From NCBI GenBank assembly GCA_905178155.1, contig CAJINV010000002.1, positions 11,951,327 through 12,015,326 on the forward strand: a DNA stretch of 64,000 nucleotides. The letters are read 5' to 3'. Position numbers and translations under genes: made by a program. The first letter of the stretch is position 1. Every line of letters starts with the position of its first letter. Shown here piece by piece: positions 39,324 through 50,800 of the stretch. This DNA is from Amoebophrya sp. A120. Taxonomy: Eukaryota > Protista > Dinoflagellata. Below the pieces are notes generated by a model. It had not been told where the DNA came from. It was given only the letters and a program-made list of their open reading frames with translations, and did no database searches.

Positions 39324-42300
39324 ATGTCGGTGATGGATTTCCGAGACGAGGTGATCCAGCTGACTCCGTCAGGCGTGAAGTACAAGGTGTGCGGCAGGCT
39401 AGGGCGCGGCGGCAGTGCAGACGTGTTTAAGGTGCAATGCTTGTACATCCCAGACGCGTTTAAGCAGACCCAGGCGCAGCGCGTGCAGGTGTTGGAGGAG
39501 CAGCTGCTGTCGAACGCCGGAAAACTGACCTACCTCACCCCGCCCTCGGGCGCCGGCTCCAGCACGGTCTCCGGCGGCAGCACCAGCGCCACCGGGGGGG
39601 CGCAGAAGCCGCAGCAGATGCAAACCCTAGGGATGGCCACGAGCAGCTCCAGCAGCTCGATGCAGCCGCCCATCCTGCCTGCGGTATCCTTGATAGCCAA
39701 CGACAAGCACCCCGAGCTGTCGGGGACGGGCAGAAATCAGATCGTGAAGCGCAGGCTCTCCGACCTGGTGGAGGAGGGCAACGAGGACTACAACAACGTT
39801 TTCGACGAGAACGACAATCCGAGCGGGTCCGACCTCAACACGGCCGCCGCCTTGCAAGCCCTGCGCGGCAGTGCGGAGGGCCGGGAAGGCTCGGCGCGGA
39901 GAAACAGCACTCGGTCGTCTGCGGCCGAGATGGAACAAAATAGTACAAGTAGCGGCACGGGCGGGGCGGGCAGCGGTTCCGGGGGTGCGCCCGGGAGTGG
40001 CGGCCATCCGAGGTCGCGGTCCGGCGAAGTCGTGCAGTACAGCACATATCAAACAAAAAAAGTTCGTCACGATCACTCATGCGCATTTTTGCAATGCAAA
40101 ACTCTCCGTCATGCGTAAAAATGCATCACAGCCAAACTTCATAAGGGATTTCCCTAGTGTTTCTGCAATACAAAGAAAAGCTGTCGTGATGCTGAAAAAA
40201 TTTGTAATGCAAAACCTGCAAGGTAGTGACTGTGACAAACTTTTTTCTCTCCATAGCACGCCCGGATCCTACAGTGGACTCAACCAGGTGGGCGAGGAAG
40301 TGGTGTCTATCAAAAGGAAAAATCCCCCCTCCCCACATCAAAACGAAATTTCTGATGCTGGATTTGAGTACACAAATCAGGTTTGTATTGCAGGAAAGCA
40401 TTGCAGTCAGGTCCCCAGGCTAGGTAGGGGCGTATGCGTTTAGTTGTTCAGCATGGCAAGCAGCTCCCTTCTAGGCCCAAGAGCATGACAAATCGCTTCC
40501 ATAGTGGGGCGGAAGCTTCTGCCCTTGTCTTCTTGCAATACAAATGCGATTTTCGACCTCAAATCACCTCCAGGGCTACGTGCGACCCCTCCGACGCTGC
40601 GTGTGGAAGGAGGAAGTTCGGCGTGTCGGGTGAGGGACCCCCGACGGCTGGCCTACGGATATCAGGTGGATCACAGGCTCAAATCAGCAACACAAATTTT
40701 CGGAAACATACCTTTTCGATATGGGGAGGGGGGATTTTTGCTTTTGATAGTCTCCAACCCGAGGTCGCGGTCCAACTCCCCGGATGCGCGCCCGCGACAA
40801 CCGGCCGAGGCACAGACGATCCAGAGCGCGGAGGGGATTGCGACGCCGGACTGGTACCAGGCACCCGGAAGCAACGCGCAGTCTCTGGCCCCAAACGCCA
40901 TAGCAGGCAGTATTAACGTGGCAACATCGCTCGCACCCGGGTCGGGCCCGGGCAGCGGCATGAACAAGACAAATTCAAACAGCGACGCCGGGACGCAGAA
41001 AGAGGGCAGCGTGCACCCGGCTATCTACGACCCGCATTTGTTGGAGAACTACCAGATTCCGATGTTGGAGGAGGGCAAGTTTTACGCGTTGAAGTCCGTG
41101 ATGGCCCACAATGCAGCGGAGTTCCAGGTCTTCCTGCGGGAGGTGGACCTGTTGCAGAAGCTGGCGGGGAACCCCTACGTCATCCACTTACTCGATGTCA
41201 CCGTGTTGGAACAGGATAGACAGGTAGTGAGTCAGGCTTATTATGTAAAAACTGAATTGTGCGAGAACAAGTGCGCGCAAGGGGTGAAAATTGTATGCTT
41301 GATGAAGATTTTGTACGCAAACAAATCAAAAATGACTTGAAAACGAATTGAATCTGAAGTCTTCCAAAATTACAACAGCTCTTCTTGGTACTCGAGCTTG
41401 CAGACACAGATTTCGGGCGGTATCTGACCCTGAACCATAATCTGACCGCGCAACAAATATTGGACTTCTGGGTGCAGATGGTGATCGCCGTCAGAACAAT
41501 GCACCGAGACCACGACGTCATCCATTTTGACTTGAAGCCAGCGAATTTTTTGATGGTACAATTTTGAATGTCAATGTCTACGGTCTTCTTTATTGAGAAT
41601 GTGTCAAAGCGAATCCGATTAATCATTAGCAATACAGGGCAATGTGCGTTTTCTCGCACACAGTGTGCGTTTTCTCGCACATCAGTAGCAAAGAAAAGTA
41701 GCACATAAAACGAAAACTTCTCATAATTGGTCACCACAGGTAAATGGGCGGCTCAAGCTGGCGGATTTCGGTCTTGCGCGGCAGCTGGGCGACGAGGCCA
41801 CGCACGTCTCTAGGACAAACCGCGCGGGCACACTGAAATACATGGCCCCTGAGTGTATCTATCAGCCGCACGCGCAGAAGTTGCGACTGGGCAAGGAGTC
41901 GGACGTATGGTCTCTGGGGATTATCCTGTGTCGAATGATTTACAACACAACACCGCACGCACACTTGCAGGACAACCACACAAGAATGCTCATCGCCATT
42001 TCCGACACCAGAACAAAGATCAATCTGGTGGACTGCCCACGACTTTACCTTAGGGACGACGGAGTGACGGACCAGAATATGCGAGAGGTATAATGTCCGT
42101 GTTTGCTTTCACCAGACCAACGGCAACGAACTCAAACTATTCATTGTAGTGATGAAAATAACAAGGTCTTGTTCATTTTCTGCAGTTGAAGTTGTATACA
42201 ACCAGGATACTTGTTTGGCTGTGCAAAATACCCTAGCAAACCGCATTTTGTTTGCACATGATTTTTTGTATGCCTTCCACTTTTCCACCCGATCCCTCAC

Positions 42301-45300
42301 TAGGTCCATGATTGGATGATGAACGTGGCCCGGGGGTGCCTGATTTTCGAGCCGCACGCGCGGTTCAACTCTGAGGACCTGTACATGATCCTGAACCGCG
42401 CCAAGTTTCCGACCGTGGCCATCATCGCGATGCTCCGCGACAAGACCGACCAGTACACGGTACTGGATGCCATTCCGGAGTCCGAGGGCGGTGTGTACGG
42501 GGCGATGGGACCCTCGGCGATCCCGCGGAAGCGGGACCCCCACTTTCGCGAGAAGGACGACGACGAGGGGACCAAGCAGTTCGGCCCCACCGGCATGTTC
42601 GACGATGCCAAAACCATGCGGGCATTACAAGAATTAGCTGCTGAGTATTGAAGATTTTTGATGTTTGTACGTTGCACCCAAGAACTCGTCTGTAGTTTTT
42701 CATCATCCATGGCTTGCCATCTTGCATGTCGAGATTCATCTTCCATGGACGACGCATGATCTTTGCTGTATATGAATATTATCGACGTGATTTTTCCCTG
42801 GACACCGACATTGTTGATATTGTCACACACTACACATCTACAGGGATTTGGATCTTGAGAAACAGGGTCTCCTGGAGGATATCGAAGAGGACGGGGAATA
42901 CGACAGCGACCTATCAAATGTAAAAATGTCTGGGTCTGGAAACTTGTAATGCTGAGTGACGTAGCATGAGGAACCCACAAATGACGGCCCAGCATGACAA
43001 GTTTCTGAACTTCTAAGTGTTGCCTATTCTGCATGACAAAGTACGACTCTGCATCACAGAAAAAAAAGGTTTTTGGGTAACGCGCATGACAGACTTGAGA
43101 GTCCTGCTGGCCTAGCATGACAAACCTTGCATTTTTCCAGACCCAGACATTTTTTGCATTGGATACGACCTGGATACAGACGACGAGCTTCTGTCGGAGG
43201 ATATGCATTGCAAAAGTATCGTACTAGTATGAATCGCAATACAAATTTTCCCAGAAGGAAAAATGGAATTTGTAATGCTGATTTCGCTAAGAAACANGAC
43301 CGGTTCTTCCATATCAAAGTGAAAAAAGCCCCCACCCCATATCGGAAACAGAAGATGCGCGAATTTGTGATGCTGTATTTGAGTACACAAATCAGGTTTG
43401 TATTGCAGGAAAGCATTGCAGTCAGGTCCCCAGGCTAGGTAGGGGCGTATGCGTTTAGTTGTTCAGCATGGCAAGCAGCTCCCTTCTAGGCCCAAGAGCA
43501 TGACAAATCGCTTCCATAGTGGGGCGGAAGCTTCTGCCCTTGTCTTCTTGCAATACAAATGCGATTTTCGACCTCAAATCACCTCCAGGGCTACGTGCGA
43601 CCCCTCCGACGCTGCGTGTGGAAGGAGGAAGTTCGGCGTGTCGGGTGAGGGACCCCCGACGGCTGGCCTACGGATATCAGGTGGATCACAGGCTCAAATC
43701 AGCAACACAAATTTTCGGAAACATACCTTTTCGATATGGGGAGGGGGGATTTTTGCTTTTGATAGTCTCCAACCCGAGGTCGCGGTCCAACTCCCCGGAT
43801 GCGCGCCCGCGACAACCGGCCGAGGCACAGACGATCCAGAGCGCGGAGGGGATTGCGACGCCGGACTGGTACCAGGCACCCGGAAGCAACGCGCAGTCTC
43901 TGGCCCCAAACGCCATAGCAGGCAGTATTAACGTGGCAACATCGCTCGCACCCGGGTCGGGCCCGGGCAGCGGCATGAACAAGACAAATTCAAACAGCGA
44001 CGCCGGGACGCAGAAAGAGGGCAGCGTGCACCCGGCTATCTACGACCCGCATTTGTTGGAGAACTACCAGATTCCGATGTTGGAGGAGGGCAAGTTTTAC
44101 GCGTTGAAGTCCGTGATGGCCCACAATGCAGCGGAGTTCCAGGTCTTCCTGCGGGAGGTGGACCTGTTGCAGAAGCTGGCGGGGAACCCCTACGTCATCC
44201 ACTTACTCGATGTCACCGTGTTGGAACAGGATAGACAGGTAGTGAGTCAGGCTTATTATGTAAAAACTGAATTGTGCGAGAACAAGTGCGCGCAAGGGGT
44301 GAAAATTGTATGCTTGATGAAGATTTTGTACGCAAACAAATCAAAAATGACTTGAAAACGAATTGAATCTGAAGTCTTCCAAAATTACAACAGCTCTTCT
44401 TGGTACTCGAGCTTGCAGACACAGATTTCGGGCGGTATCTGACCCTGAACCATAATCTGACCGCGCAACAAATATTGGACTTCTGGGTGCAGATGGTGAT
44501 CGCCGTCAGAACAATGCACCGAGACCACGACGTCATCCATTTTGACTTGAAGCCAGCGAATTTTTTGATGGTACAATTTTGAATGTCAATGTCTACGGTC
44601 TTCTTTATTGAGAATGTGTCAAAGCGAATCCGATTAATCATTAGCAATACAGGGCAATGTGCGTTTTCTCGCACACAGTGTGCGTTTTCTCGCACATCAG
44701 TAGCAAAGAAAAGTAGCACATAAAACGAAAACTTCTCATAATTGGTCACCACAGGTAAATGGGCGGCTCAAGCTGGCGGATTTCGGTCTTGCGCGGCAGC
44801 TGGGCGACGAGGCCACGCACGTCTCTAGGACAAACCGCGCGGGCACACTGAAATACATGGCCCCTGAGTGTATCTATCAGCCGCACGCGCAGAAGTTGCG
44901 ACTGGGCAAGGAGTCGGACGTATGGTCTCTGGGGATTATCCTGTGTCGAATGATTTACAACACAACACCGCACGCACACTTGCAGGACAACCACACAAGA
45001 ATGCTCATCGCCATTTCCGACACCAGAACAAAGATCAATCTGGTGGACTGCCCACGACTTTACCTTAGGGACGACGGAGTGACGGACCAGAATATGCGAG
45101 AGGTATAATGTCCGTGTTTGCTTTCACCAGACCAACGGCAACGAACTCAAACTATTCATTGTAGTGATGAAAATAACAAGGTCTTGTTCATTTTCTGCAG
45201 TTGAAGTTGTATACAACCAGGATACTTGTTTGGCTGTGCAAAATACCCTAGCAAACCGCATTTTGTTTGCACATGATTTTTTGTATGCCTTCCACTTTTC

Positions 45301-46501
45301 CACCCGATCCCTCACTAGGTCCATGATTGGATGATGAACGTGGCCCGGGGGTGCCTGATTTTCGAGCCGCACGCGCGGTTCAACTCTGAGGACCTGTACA
45401 TGATCCTGAACCGCGCCAAGTTTCCGACCGTGGCCATCATCGCGATGCTCCGCGACAAGACCGACCAGTACACGGTACTGGATGCCATTCCGGAGTCCGA
45501 GGGCGGTGTGTACGGGGCGATGGGACCCTCGGCGATCCCGCGGAAGCGGGACCCCCACTTTCGCGAGAAGGACGACGACGAGGGGACCAAGCAGTTCGGC
45601 CCCACCGGCATGTTCGACGATGCCAAAACCATGCGGGCATTACAAGAATTAGCTGCTGAGTATTGAAGATTTTTGATGTTTGTACGTTGCACCCAAGAAC
45701 TCGTCTGTAGTTTTTCATCATCCATGGCTTGCCATCTTGCATGTCGAGATTCATCTTCCATGGACGACGCATGATCTTTGCTGTATATGAATATTATCGA
45801 CGTGATTTTTCCCTGGACACCGACATTGTTGATATTGTCACACACTACACATCTACAGGGATTTGGATCTTGAGAAACAGGGTCTCCTGGAGGATATCGA
45901 AGAGGACGGGGAATACGACAGCGACCTATCAAATGTAAAAATGTCTGGGTCTGGAAACTTGTAATGCTGAGTGACGTAGCATGAGGAACCCACAAATGAC
46001 GGCCCAGCATGACAAGTTTCTGAACTTCTAAGTGTTGCCTATTCTGCATGACAAAGTACGACTCTGCATCACAGAAAAAAAAGGTTTTTGGGTAACGCGC
46101 ATGACAGACTTGAGAGTCCTGCTGGCCTAGCATGACAAACCTTGCATTTTTCCAGACCCAGACATTTTTTGCATTGGATACGACCTGGATACAGACGACG
46201 AGCTTCTGTCGGAGGATATGCATTGCAAAAGTATCGTACTAGTATGAATCGCAATACAAATTTTCCCAGAAGGAAAAATGGAATTTGTAATGCTGATTTC
46301 GCTAAGAAACAAGATTTGTCATGCGTGGTTGCAATTAGTACGAGTGCGATACTTTTGCACAGGATAGAGGAGGAAGAAAAGCGAAACTCAAGCTGTATGA
46401 CCATCCTCATTGTTCTCCTCTCTATCATCGTCGCAGGTCTCATCGGCTGCATCATCGCCGCGGTCATGCTGCATCAGAAGAGAATGCAGTCCTCCACGTA
46501 G
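39324..46501 (+). CDS. MPS1: MPS1/TTK-like protein kinase with C-terminal TM helix; 4 GT-AG introns plus 4 introners; middle 3 kb present twice
   Basis: Motifs GRGGSADVFKV, YALK, EVDLLQKL, IHFDLKPANFLM|VNGRLKLADFGLA, GTLKYMAPE and SDVWSLGIILCRMIYNTTP. GT-AG introns at 41224-41378, 41556-41739, 42088-42303 and 42645-42843 (repeated at +3015). The protein ends …SSCMTILIVLLSIIVAGLIGCIIAAVMLHQKRMQSST*. The kinase call is secure; the MPS1 subfamily is assigned by motif resemblance. Confidence 0.8.
40047..40255. mobile_element. Introner, 209 bp, family B
   Basis: IR TATCAAACAAAAAAAGTTCGTCAC…GTGACAAACTTTTTTCTCTCCATA; flanks GCACA/GCACG; reverse-complement homolog at 59403-59608. Confidence 0.93.
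40308..40749. mobile_element. Introner, 442 bp, family C, with a nested 111-bp insert
   Basis: 32-bp IR TATCAAAAGGAAAAATCCCCCCTCCCCACATC…GATATGGGGAGGGGGGATTTTTGCTTTTGATA; flanks GTGTC/GTCTC; removal gives …EEVVSNPRSR…. Confidence 0.93.
42912..43165. mobile_element. Introner, 254 bp, family-A-type IR
   Basis: TATCAAATGTAAAAATGTCTGGGTCTGGAAA…TTTCCAGACCCAGACATTTTTTGCATTGGATA; direct repeat CGACC; removal gives EYDSDLDTDDE. Confidence 0.95.
43312..43764. mobile_element. Chimeric family C introner (left end from the 48254 element, right end from the 40308 element)
   Basis: Left flank TTCCA and right flank GTCTC; the switch lies within the shared ATTTGAGTACACAAATC at 43377-43393. Confidence 0.85.
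45927..46180. mobile_element. Duplicate copy of the 42912-43165 introner
   Basis: Same sequence at +3015 with the CGACC direct repeat. Confidence 0.93.
46217..46366. mobile_element. Introner, 150 bp (truncated duplicate at 43202-43296)
   Basis: TATGCATTGCAAAAGTATCG…CGATACTTTTGCACAGGATA; direct repeat GAGGA; removal gives LLSEEEEKRNSS. Confidence 0.9.
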
Positions 46502-47885
46502 TAAACTGTTGTACACAATGACTTTCCTGGGGGTTACCTACCACGACAACCACAAGCGACACAAAATAGAAGCAAGCACCTGTAGTTCTCATGAGTCATA
46601 AGTACATACATGAATCCACAGCGAGTTACCTAATCATGTTCTTGTTCCAATTATGTTCCTTTCGTACGAGTAGTTGAGTTCCTATCATACAATACGCCTT
46701 CGCACACGGTGCGAACTCCTTGTCTAATCATGATATATTTACATTCACTAGATGCGATCGCGCATACAAGCCAGTGAACTGTTCTTTTTTCTGTTTGACG
46801 ATTGTGCTCTGACATGTTTGGCTTTTTCAAAATCTTTATCATCTTGACAAACGTGGTGGTGAAAATATTTAAGGCGAACTCAGGGCGGGCCTGTAAGGTC
46901 ATGCTCCTCCGTGATGTTACTGTATAATGAAGCAAAGACCAAAGAGGTCGTGGGTTGCTACGAGTACAATGTACAGCCTGCTGTCGATCACATTGCTATG
47001 GTTTGAGTATACGATATTTCTATACAACTGAATTTGTGTACATGTTGGAGCAAAATTCTTGTCTCTCTCCGGAGACGACGACGCGACTGACAATATTAGA
47101 TAATATTGAGCGATTTTGTCACAATCTGCTTCTGCGGCCAGAACCTTTTACTGGGACAGACATAGAAGATCGGGGATTTTGTGACTTTTCCAGGTTGTCG
47201 CTACACGGTATCTCACGACACGACGTTGCTGGCCATTGAAAGGAAAAGAACGCTATTCCCCGCACTGCTAGTCTCATTTTGGTTCGCGTTCAAGCAACGA
47301 ACGGATGCTGCAGTTTCAACAGCAAGTTTTTACACGAGAAAAGACGGGCTGCGATGGAAAAGATCGTCGAAAAAAGAGGAGAAAGCGCTGCATGCTCCTG
47401 AGGGTTCCTCGACGGTGCCGAACTTGCGTGTTCAACATATCGCGCGCCGTGGTCTGTCCGCAAAAACGATGATATGTTCAGGATTGAAGATCCTCTGTGT
47501 GATGTTGATCACGTCATCTCAACAAGCGCTTCCTGGCAAAATCGATGTAATGTATGCGTGTTTTCGCTTTCGGTTTCGATTAGCGTACGGTACAGCTACA
47601 GGTATTCTTATTTCTTGTGCTTTTCGTGGATCCCTCCCTTTTATTTTCTGTTGCTTTTCGTTTTGCGCAATTCGCAAGTTCTACGAAAGTTCAGATGTTG
47701 TTTGTACAAGAACATCACAGTTTCGGTCGAGAATCTGCGCCGACGCAGCTGCATTGATCCACTCTCGAGATAGGTAGAAGAAAAAGTCGAGCACCAACTG
47801 GTGCTGCTCTAGAAATTCCTCACATTTCTTGCTTCTGTATCTTGTTCCTGTAGTTCTAGTTGGTAGGTTCTTTATTGGTGAAAAA

Positions 47886-50800
47886 ATGTTTCGCAAGTTG
47901 AAAAGAATGAAGCGAATTTCGGTTTTGTTGCTTCTGTTTTCGCACAACGCGTACTTTTTCCAGCTCTGCGTCTGTTTGTACCAGGAGCTGTTTGAAGACT
48001 ACTCTGGTGCCCCGAAAAAAACACGAAGCTCCACGTCCTCAACAGACAAAGGTACTACAGAAGAGGCGGACGCTTCGTCTTCTTGGCGTGCCAGCTTCAA
48101 TGAGGAGCTGGAAAAGCTTGTGTACGTGGGAGAGATAGAGGATGGGTACAACGCCGCGATCTCCAAGCAGACACTTACGCGCGAGGCACGGGAAGTGCTT
48201 AAGGACTCAACGAAACACAGTCGGCACAAAGCGTTCTGGGACCGGTTCTTCCATATCAAAGTGAAAAAAGCCCCCACCCCATATCGGAAACAGAAGATGC
48301 GCGAATTTGTGATGCTGTATTTGAGTACACAAATCGACTTGTATTGCTAGAAGGCCAAGAGACGAAGCTGCGGCCTAAATGGCAGGTAATCTGTCATGCT
48401 GTTTCCCACTTCCAGTTGCCTCCTGTCATCCTGGAGCTGCAAGGCTTTCCCACGCTAGACAGCACTACAGTGCGCATCTTTTGCCTTCTGGCATCACAAA
48501 GGTGATTTGTGACCCCAAATCTGCATCACAGATTTCCGTTTTGATATGGGGAGGGGGCATTTTTCATTGTAATATTCCAGGAAGACACCTTGGTGAAACC
48601 AGACACGGCTCGGCAAAGCAGCACCCGGCAGGGCGGAGGTGAGGCCAGAAGAGCCGTGGACGGTAAGATGAATTTGTAACAGTAAAAATCGTAATTGATG
48701 TAATACAGAACCTAGACGACCTTACTGAGCGTAAGCAGGAAGATGGAGCGAGAAAGAAAAAAGAACCATTCTATTCATTTCCCTTCTCCAAAACCAAATC
48801 CCTTGGCTCTGTTGTGATCATCTTTTTCGCAAACGACTGAAGGGCGCAGCCTGTCCGATTGGTCCTCGCAATCTTGCACGCACACAAAGCCTGCGGGCGA
48901 GTTGCGGCCCTGGTGGATGGTGGAACTGGATGCGAACATTCCGATCGGCACCGTTCACATCCTGAATCGCAAAGAAGCGGCCGATATGCATTGCAAATAC
49001 GTATTGGTCTGGACGAAAGATGGAGCATGTATTGTGTGTCTTCAGTCTTTATTTGCATGATTCCCCAAGAACCAGTTTTGTATGACAAGGAAAAGTAGGA
49101 GCGCCACTTTCTTGATCATGCAAAATAGACGAAGTCTGTATAAATGCGAAGCCCCCCGTGGGAAAATTGTCATGCTTTGACGCGCTAGAAATTTTTCTGA
49201 GACTCATTCATATACACTTCACAAAGTTCCAGACCCAGGAAAAAATACCCCATGCATAGCCGATCGACTGTCCGAGTTCGAGGTCCGGATTGGAAACGAT
49301 CGAAATCTCGCGTTGGACAATTCCCATTCTTCAAGTGGGAGAAGTAGAGGCTCCTCCACCAGCACTTCTTCTGGAGCTTCTTACTCGGTCTGTCGCGGCG
49401 ATTCCCGGAACCCCGGGCCGGGAGCCTGGGCGGTGGTGGACTGCAGTGGCTTTGAAGGGAAGTACCTCGCGGTCGTATTGACCGCAGACGATCCAAAGGC
49501 GGTGCTCACACTCTGTGAGGTATCTGTAAGTCGCAAAAATGTTGATGCAAGGTGTACTGTGTGGAGCTCGAAAGTGCTACTCTAGAAAGTGAGAAATTTA
49601 AAAGCGATATCAGACTCCAGCCTGTGGTGTGCCCGTTGTGCAACAGGTTTTTTCCCCTGACTATGATAATGGTGCCCGTGGTCGATTCTGCTTCTATGCT
49701 CCACACACCAGGTTCTTGTCTACCCGCAGTCGATTCGACATCACCCTTTCTTCCTTTCCGCTGCCCTGGCATTCGACGAGTATACGCAGATTTTGCGCAG
49801 CTCCAACGAGAAACGGGAAGCCTATTACGTCCTTGGGTTGGCGAAGTTAAGGCAGCTACTCAGACAGTTGTTCGCGCTCGAGAAGCTGAACGGCATGCAA
49901 GACGAGGAGAAGAGTGGCGGGATGAGAACAAGAAAACAAATTGCCACAAGTTCTTCGTCGAGGGTTAAGAACTCAGCGAACTGGATCGAGCAGGTCGAGG
50001 AACTGTACACAGCGCTATCGCTGGAACTGCCCACGGAATTTCGCCAGCGACCGGAGATACTGCGCATGCGCGCCGAACTGTACGCCGAGGTCGGTTTTTC
50101 GCCCTCCTGCGCAGAGGTTTTGCAGCACGGAGCAGGAGGAGCCTCCTCAGGCGGGGACTCGGCATCTGCCTTCGCAGGCACTGCGGACGGGTTGCCGGGA
50201 CAGGAGGAGGGCGACGATTCCGCCCTGGACACAAGGTCCACCTCCGCCATCGCGACGCTGAAGGGCAAGGGGAAGTTGCACCAAAGGAAAGAGGCTGCGC
50301 TAGCAAAAGCAGCAAGCAATAATAAAGCGATAACGGCTTCTGGTGAAAAATTATCCAGTTCCTCAAGTAGTACCAGTTCTAGCTCAACAATTCCCCCCGC
50401 GGATCAGCTGGATGGAGCGACGAGTCCGGCGCAGAATAGCATCTGTTGCAAGGACAGCATTCTCGGGACGAACAGTGGGTGCCTGTCTACTGCCTTGGCC
50501 TTGTACAAGTTTGCGGAGAACTTGGAGGAGGAGGCGGATTTGCTATACGAGAAAGCAATCGAGCATATCCTGAGTAAAAACATCCCCACACCAGAGTCAA
50601 GATGGGGATTTTGCAACACAAACCTAGAACTTTTGGGGGTCACGCAATACAAGTTGCAGTCCGTAGTGTAGTGCAGGTTCGCAAGGCCAGCTGCATCAGA
50701 AATCCATCTGCTTATCCTGTTTACAGCATTACAAATTACAAAACACGACTAAAAATGCCTCTCCTGGCGATGCGCATTACAAATGTTCCTGTCATTGCAA

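Larger units (their letters stand above)
40362..46311. repeat. Apparently identical 2935-bp direct duplication (40362-43296 = 43377-46311), separated by an N at 43297
   Basis: All ORFs recur at offset 3015; there is a single N at 43297; 43298-43393 equals 48240-48335. Confidence 0.95.

Noticed and set aside
40645-40662. SL-like TCCGTAGGCCA on the minus strand of the 111-bp insert
   Set aside because: Only ~10 nt match with an indel, which is consistent with chance.
42300-43208. 302-aa minus-strand ORF (and its copy at 45315-46223) as an element-encoded protein
   Set aside because: It runs across kinase exons, a canonical intron and an introner, so it is a chance open frame.
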